Positions 60,311-64,000 of a stretch of 64,000 bases of DNA are shown here, piece after piece. Position 1 is the first letter of the stretch, and each line of letters opens with the position of its first letter. The notes below the pieces were generated by a model. It was not told where the DNA came from and did no database searches. It saw nothing but the letters and a program-made list of their open reading frames with translations. The position numbers and the translations under genes were made by a program. Source of the stretch: an uncultured bacterium (GTDB lineage: Bacteria; Oederibacteriota; PGYV01; CAWJRG01); NCBI GenBank assembly GCA_963845185.1, contig CAWJRG010000010.1, positions 832,001-896,000 on the forward strand, given 5' to 3'.

Positions 60311-60404
60311 GTACCACTTGTCCCTCGCAAGTTCGGGACTGGAACGGGTATAAGCAAGAGTAATATTTTGCTGTACCCTGAAGGTTTGCAAAATAAACTC
60401 TTGC
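60311..60404 (+). repeat. Structured element family A, copy 6 (5' UTR)
   Basis: GTACC-ACTT-GTCCC..GGGAC-TGGAACG-GGTAT plus GCAAGA-GTAA..AAC-TCTTGC, then ATAGGAGG. Confidence 0.88.
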
Positions 60405-60418
60405 ATAGGAGGAAATAT

Positions 60419-61210
60419 ATGAAAAAATTATTATTATTTATGCTTGTTTTTTTTATGATAATTTTAATTTCAGTTGATTGCAGCAAGAAATCCCAGTCGA
60501 CTACTCCAAATACACCTGTTGCTACTGCCACACCTGTTGGCGGGACTATTTCCGGAAATATCATATTGCCTGCGGCTGAACTAGGCGTGACATGGCAGGT
60601 ATTAGTAGACACAGACATGAATTTCAATAATGGAATAACCAACATGGTTGTGGGGATATGCCCGCTTGGAGCAACAAGCATACCTTACAGTGTTACTGCG
60701 CCGGCTGGCACGTATTATGTCTATGCGCTGGTAAAAACAGCAGGCGCTTTGACAAGCCCACCCATAGCAGGAGATTTGCTTGGATGGGATGGCGCGCTTT
60801 ATCCGGCCAGTCCAAGCTCGGCAGGAGTTATACTCAACTCGCAGCAACAGCTGGCTGGACAGAATATCACCATGGTTGCCGCAACAAGTAATGTTTCGGG
60901 CACGATAACCATGCCGGCGAACGCCAATGGCCTGCCCATTATCTTAATTATAAGTCCAACCACAAACCCGGCAGTTGCGGAGTTTTATGTAAATGTCACT
61001 CCTGTTGCAGGCATGACAGGAACTACTTATAATTATAGCACCCTATGTTATATGCCGGGCTCTTTTTATATTACGGCGCAGGTATCAGGCGACGGGTCAG
61101 GACTGCCAAGGCCACCAAAAACAGGGGATTATGTAGGGCAGTCCGTACAGGAGACTATGGACCCGACATTAAGCAACGGGCCTTATAATTTTTCATTGAC
61201 GACATTTTAG
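60419..61210 (+). CDS. Putative lipoprotein with two internal beta-rich repeats
   Basis: MKK + hydrophobic + ISVDC; repeats ISGNIILP/VSGTITMP and PP..GD..G. Confidence 0.7.
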   Translation: MKKLLLFMLVFFMIILISVDCSKKSQSTTPNTPVATATPVGGTISGNIILPAAELGVTWQVLVDTDMNFNNGITNMVVGICPLGATSIPYSVTAPAGTYYVYALVKTAGALTSPPIAGDLLGWDGALYPASPSSAGVILNSQQQLAGQNITMVAATSNVSGTITMPANANGLPIILIISPTTNPAVAEFYVNVTPVAGMTGTTYNYSTLCYMPGSFYITAQVSGDGSGLPRPPKTGDYVGQSVQETMDPTLSNGPYNFSLTTF

Positions 61211-61331
61211 ATTTGATGTTTGGGATTTTCTTTAAAATTTTTGAAAAGTAATTTAGGGGTTTGGCCGGCTCTATTAAATTTATAAACCGAGGCGGTTACT
61301 ATAGAGCCGATAGGTTGTGTAAAGGATACAA

Positions 61332-64000
61332 ATGAAGAGTGAAAATTTATGGTTAAAGAGTAAACTTTTTAGAATTGATTTTAACGCTAAAAATTTTATT
61401 AAAAGAATTTTTTTTGTTTTTTTTACCCTTGTATTTTTAATGTTCCCATTTTTCGCATATTCCCAACAAATGGACCACTTTAATGTGTCAGGACCCGTCA
61501 ACTCAAGCGCGGACAGCGTTTTCTTCATTACGGTGACGGCAATAGCAAATGACGGCTCGGTTTTTACAACATATAACGGTACTGTAACTTTCAGCACTTC
61601 ATCCGGGCTTTATAACCTTCCGGCAAACTACACTTTCCAGACTTCCGACGCAGGCGTGCATGTTTTTGCAGTGCAGATAATGGCAGGCGGAGATCAGAGC
61701 ATATTTGTGAATGATTATAATTCGCCGGGTATATCCGGAAGCACTGTAGTCACCATAACCAGCGGCAGTGCAGCTTTCCTGACAATATCAGCCCCGGCTG
61801 CGTCGAGCGCGGGGCAGGCTTTTTACATTACTGTAACCGCAAAAGACCTTTATAATAATATAGCGATATCGTACAGCGGTACCGTGCATTTCACATCAAC
61901 TGATCCTTCGGCAGTATTGCCCCCTGACGCGACATTCCAGCGCGACGACAACGGCCAGGAAATATTAAGCGTGACAATGAAAACCGAAGGTACGCAGACA
62001 ATAACTGGACAGGACCTTGAGAACAATTCAATAAGCGGGGTAAGCAACGCGATAGCTGTCTCGAGCGGGATAGTTGTAAGTTTCAATGTAAGCGCGCCGA
62101 CAATAGCAAACCCGGGCACAAATTTTAATTTCGCCGTATCTGCCATGGACGCGTACGGAAACGTGGCGCAGAATTACACAAATACGGTGCATTTTACCTC
62201 GAGCGACGGCGCGGCTGTTCTACCTGCAAATTACACTTTCCAGGCGAGCGACTACGGCAGCAGGATTTTCCCTGTCACGCTGAATACCACGGGTTCCCAG
62301 ACCATATCGGTCAATGATGTTTCAGCGGCTACAATAAACGGAGTAAGCAACAACATAAACGTGCTGGCAAGCGGGTCAACTTTATACAGCCAGCCTTTGC
62401 TTCTGACAGCATACCTGCCTGCAGCAAACGCGTATCAGTATGATTATATATATATTTCGCATACAGCACAGACCATTGCAATAGCAAATAACACTTATCT
62501 CCAGTACGATGTTTTCATGCCAACCTATAACCCGGATTTTTACACGGGCACTGAATTCGCAGAGACGGCCGGGGCCGCAGCGGGCCAGTGGGATATGAGG
62601 GATTTTGGACAGCCTCAGAATTATATAATAGACCAGAACGGAATAAGGTGCCATCCATCCATGGACCTGTCAGCGTATGCGTATGGGCAGTGGTACCACA
62701 GGACATTTAACATAGGTTCTCTCGGAGGACATACATATAATCAGGCAGAGCTTGCGCTGGATACGGGTAATGCAGGGCAAAACGGCGCACCCTCAAACAA
62801 GGCAGGCACTTTCAACGCTGTATATGACAACATAGTTTTTACGGACTCTGGCGGCAATATACTGAGGAACTTTTTTTCGGATAACAACTTAATTCCTTAT
62901 AACGCAGCTGTGTCGGTAAACGGAAGCGCCGGAGCCGGAAATAACGGAAGCGGAGGAATAAGCGGGCCTCCGGCCAACAATGACCCGGTGCCTTTAAATG
63001 ATTATGTATGGATAGTAAAAAGCCTGTCGGTCACCCAGACCCCGATAGGTGATGTCCAGGTCGGCGGTCAGTATGTGACAATTGCGGCCCAGCTTTTATC
63101 CGTGGGAAATAACCGGGTGCCTTATGCACTTGCTAACTGTACTTCAAATCGGTTTCAAGACTCTATTACGCCGATATTAGCTACAACTTATACAGCCGAT
63201 ACATTGGCGATCACAAATGCTCAAGGTTACGCTTATAATTTAATAAGCTCGACAGCTGCAGGCCCGGCTGTAGTGACTGTACGTTCCGTACACCTCACGA
63301 GTATGATAACTATTAATTTTCTGGCAGGTCCTGCGACGCAGGTGGATGTAATACCAAATACGCTTACAACGCAGACAAATGTAAGCGGCTCAATGGTTGT
63401 CGAGGCACAGGATATGTACGGTAATGTGACGGTCAGCACGCAGACAATAAACTTATCAGCAAACGCTTCGTCAAACCTGCGTTTTTCTTCTGACAATGGA
63501 GCCACATGGCACCAGACACTGGCGGTTTCCGGGGCCGCTCCAAGTAATATACTTGTAATAGACTCCACTGCGGAAACTTCGACAGTATTTGCTGCAGCCG
63601 CCGGGCTCAGCACTGGCACAGCAACTGTTTATGTGAATAATGCGCAAGCCACGGGCCTTGCGATAATTCCTGCAACAAGCACGACAATGGCAGGTGTGGG
63701 TCCGCTTTTTACAATACAGGCAAAAGACGCGAATAACAACGACGCTTATTCTACGGCAAGCGTGCAATTGACATCAGCATCGGGAACCATGATGTTTTCG
63801 ACAGATAATATAAATTATTCGAACTCATTAATCGTCACGCTGAACGACGGCAGTGCCAGCGCCTATTACAGGGATACGTCAATGAGCGCCATGCCTGTGA
63901 CAGTAACAGCGTCTTCGGCTGGGTACACAAGCGGCAAAGCTTATGAGACAATAGTCCCCAACACAGCGGCACTGCTTAACGCGTGGGCAAATTATTACGC
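61332..64000 (+). CDS. Large secreted or surface protein with tandem Ig-like repeats, runs off the window (absent from the ORF track)
   Basis: ATG 61332 after AAAGGA; signal peptide; three approximately 100-aa repeats (VTA.D.Y.N....Y.GTVHFTS.D...LPANYTF...D.G); same frame at the window end. Confidence 0.85.
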   Translation, partial: MKSENLWLKSKLFRIDFNAKNFIKRIFFVFFTLVFLMFPFFAYSQQMDHFNVSGPVNSSADSVFFITVTAIANDGSVFTTYNGTVTFSTSSGLYNLPANYTFQTSDAGVHVFAVQIMAGGDQSIFVNDYNSPGISGSTVVTITSGSAAFLTISAPAASSAGQAFYITVTAKDLYNNIAISYSGTVHFTSTDPSAVLPPDATFQRDDNGQEILSVTMKTEGTQTITGQDLENNSISGVSNAIAVSSGIVVSFNVSAPTIANPGTNFNFAVSAMDAYGNVAQNYTNTVHFTSSDGAAVLPANYTFQASDYGSRIFPVTLNTTGSQTISVNDVSAATINGVSNNINVLASGSTLYSQPLLLTAYLPAANAYQYDYIYISHTAQTIAIANNTYLQYDVFMPTYNPDFYTGTEFAETAGAAAGQWDMRDFGQPQNYIIDQNGIRCHPSMDLSAYAYGQWYHRTFNIGSLGGHTYNQAELALDTGNAGQNGAPSNKAGTFNAVYDNIVFTDSGGNILRNFFSDNNLIPYNAAVSVNGSAGAGNNGSGGISGPPANNDPVPLNDYVWIVKSLSVTQTPIGDVQVGGQYVTIAAQLLSVGNNRVPYALANCTSNRFQDSITPILATTYTADTLAITNAQGYAYNLISSTAAGPAVVTVRSVHLTSMITINFLAGPATQVDVIPNTLTTQTNVSGSMVVEAQDMYGNVTVSTQTINLSANASSNLRFSSDNGATWHQTLAVSGAAPSNILVIDSTAETSTVFAAAAGLSTGTATVYVNNAQATGLAIIPATSTTMAGVGPLFTIQAKDANNNDAYSTASVQLTSASGTMMFSTDNINYSNSLIVTLNDGSASAYYRDTSMSAMPVTVTASSAGYTSGKAYETIVPNTAALLNAWANYY

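Noticed and set aside
21658..60404. Family A as a CRISPR array or integron attC sites
   Set aside because: Copies are dispersed without spacers, lack RYYYAAC/GTTRRRY ends, and no cas or intI gene is in the window.

Overview
A 64-kb chromosomal window from a moderately AT-rich diderm bacterium (TolC, AsmA and beta-barrel proteins) that also carries a Firmicutes-like pepP-efp-accB-accC-asp23-amaP block. The lineage cannot be fixed from sequence alone. The left end (1-6.9 kb) is accessory: the 3' part of a group II intron, two AT-rich genes, a GC-rich GH43-malectin gene and an AbiE type IV toxin-antitoxin pair. The rest holds housekeeping genes (rsmE, aroE, recA, tRNA-CAT, purC, efp, accBC, thiD2-thiE-thiC), a GH2 glucuronidase cluster, three minor type IV pilins plus an O-antigen-ligase-family gene, a MarR-TolC-(MFP-RND)x2 efflux locus, and the start of a large Ig-repeat surface protein. 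Three observations stand out. (1) An approximately 100-nt two-hairpin element occurs six times with compensatory changes and fixed internal loops, and usually ends at a gene's Shine-Dalgarno sequence. (2) Domain VI of the intron contains the RBS and ATG of the downstream gene. (3) Two other palindromic repeat families have copies read in frame inside protein-coding genes. Three single-base frameshifts in short homopolymers are probably sequencing errors. All structures and alignments were derived by eye; no searches were run.
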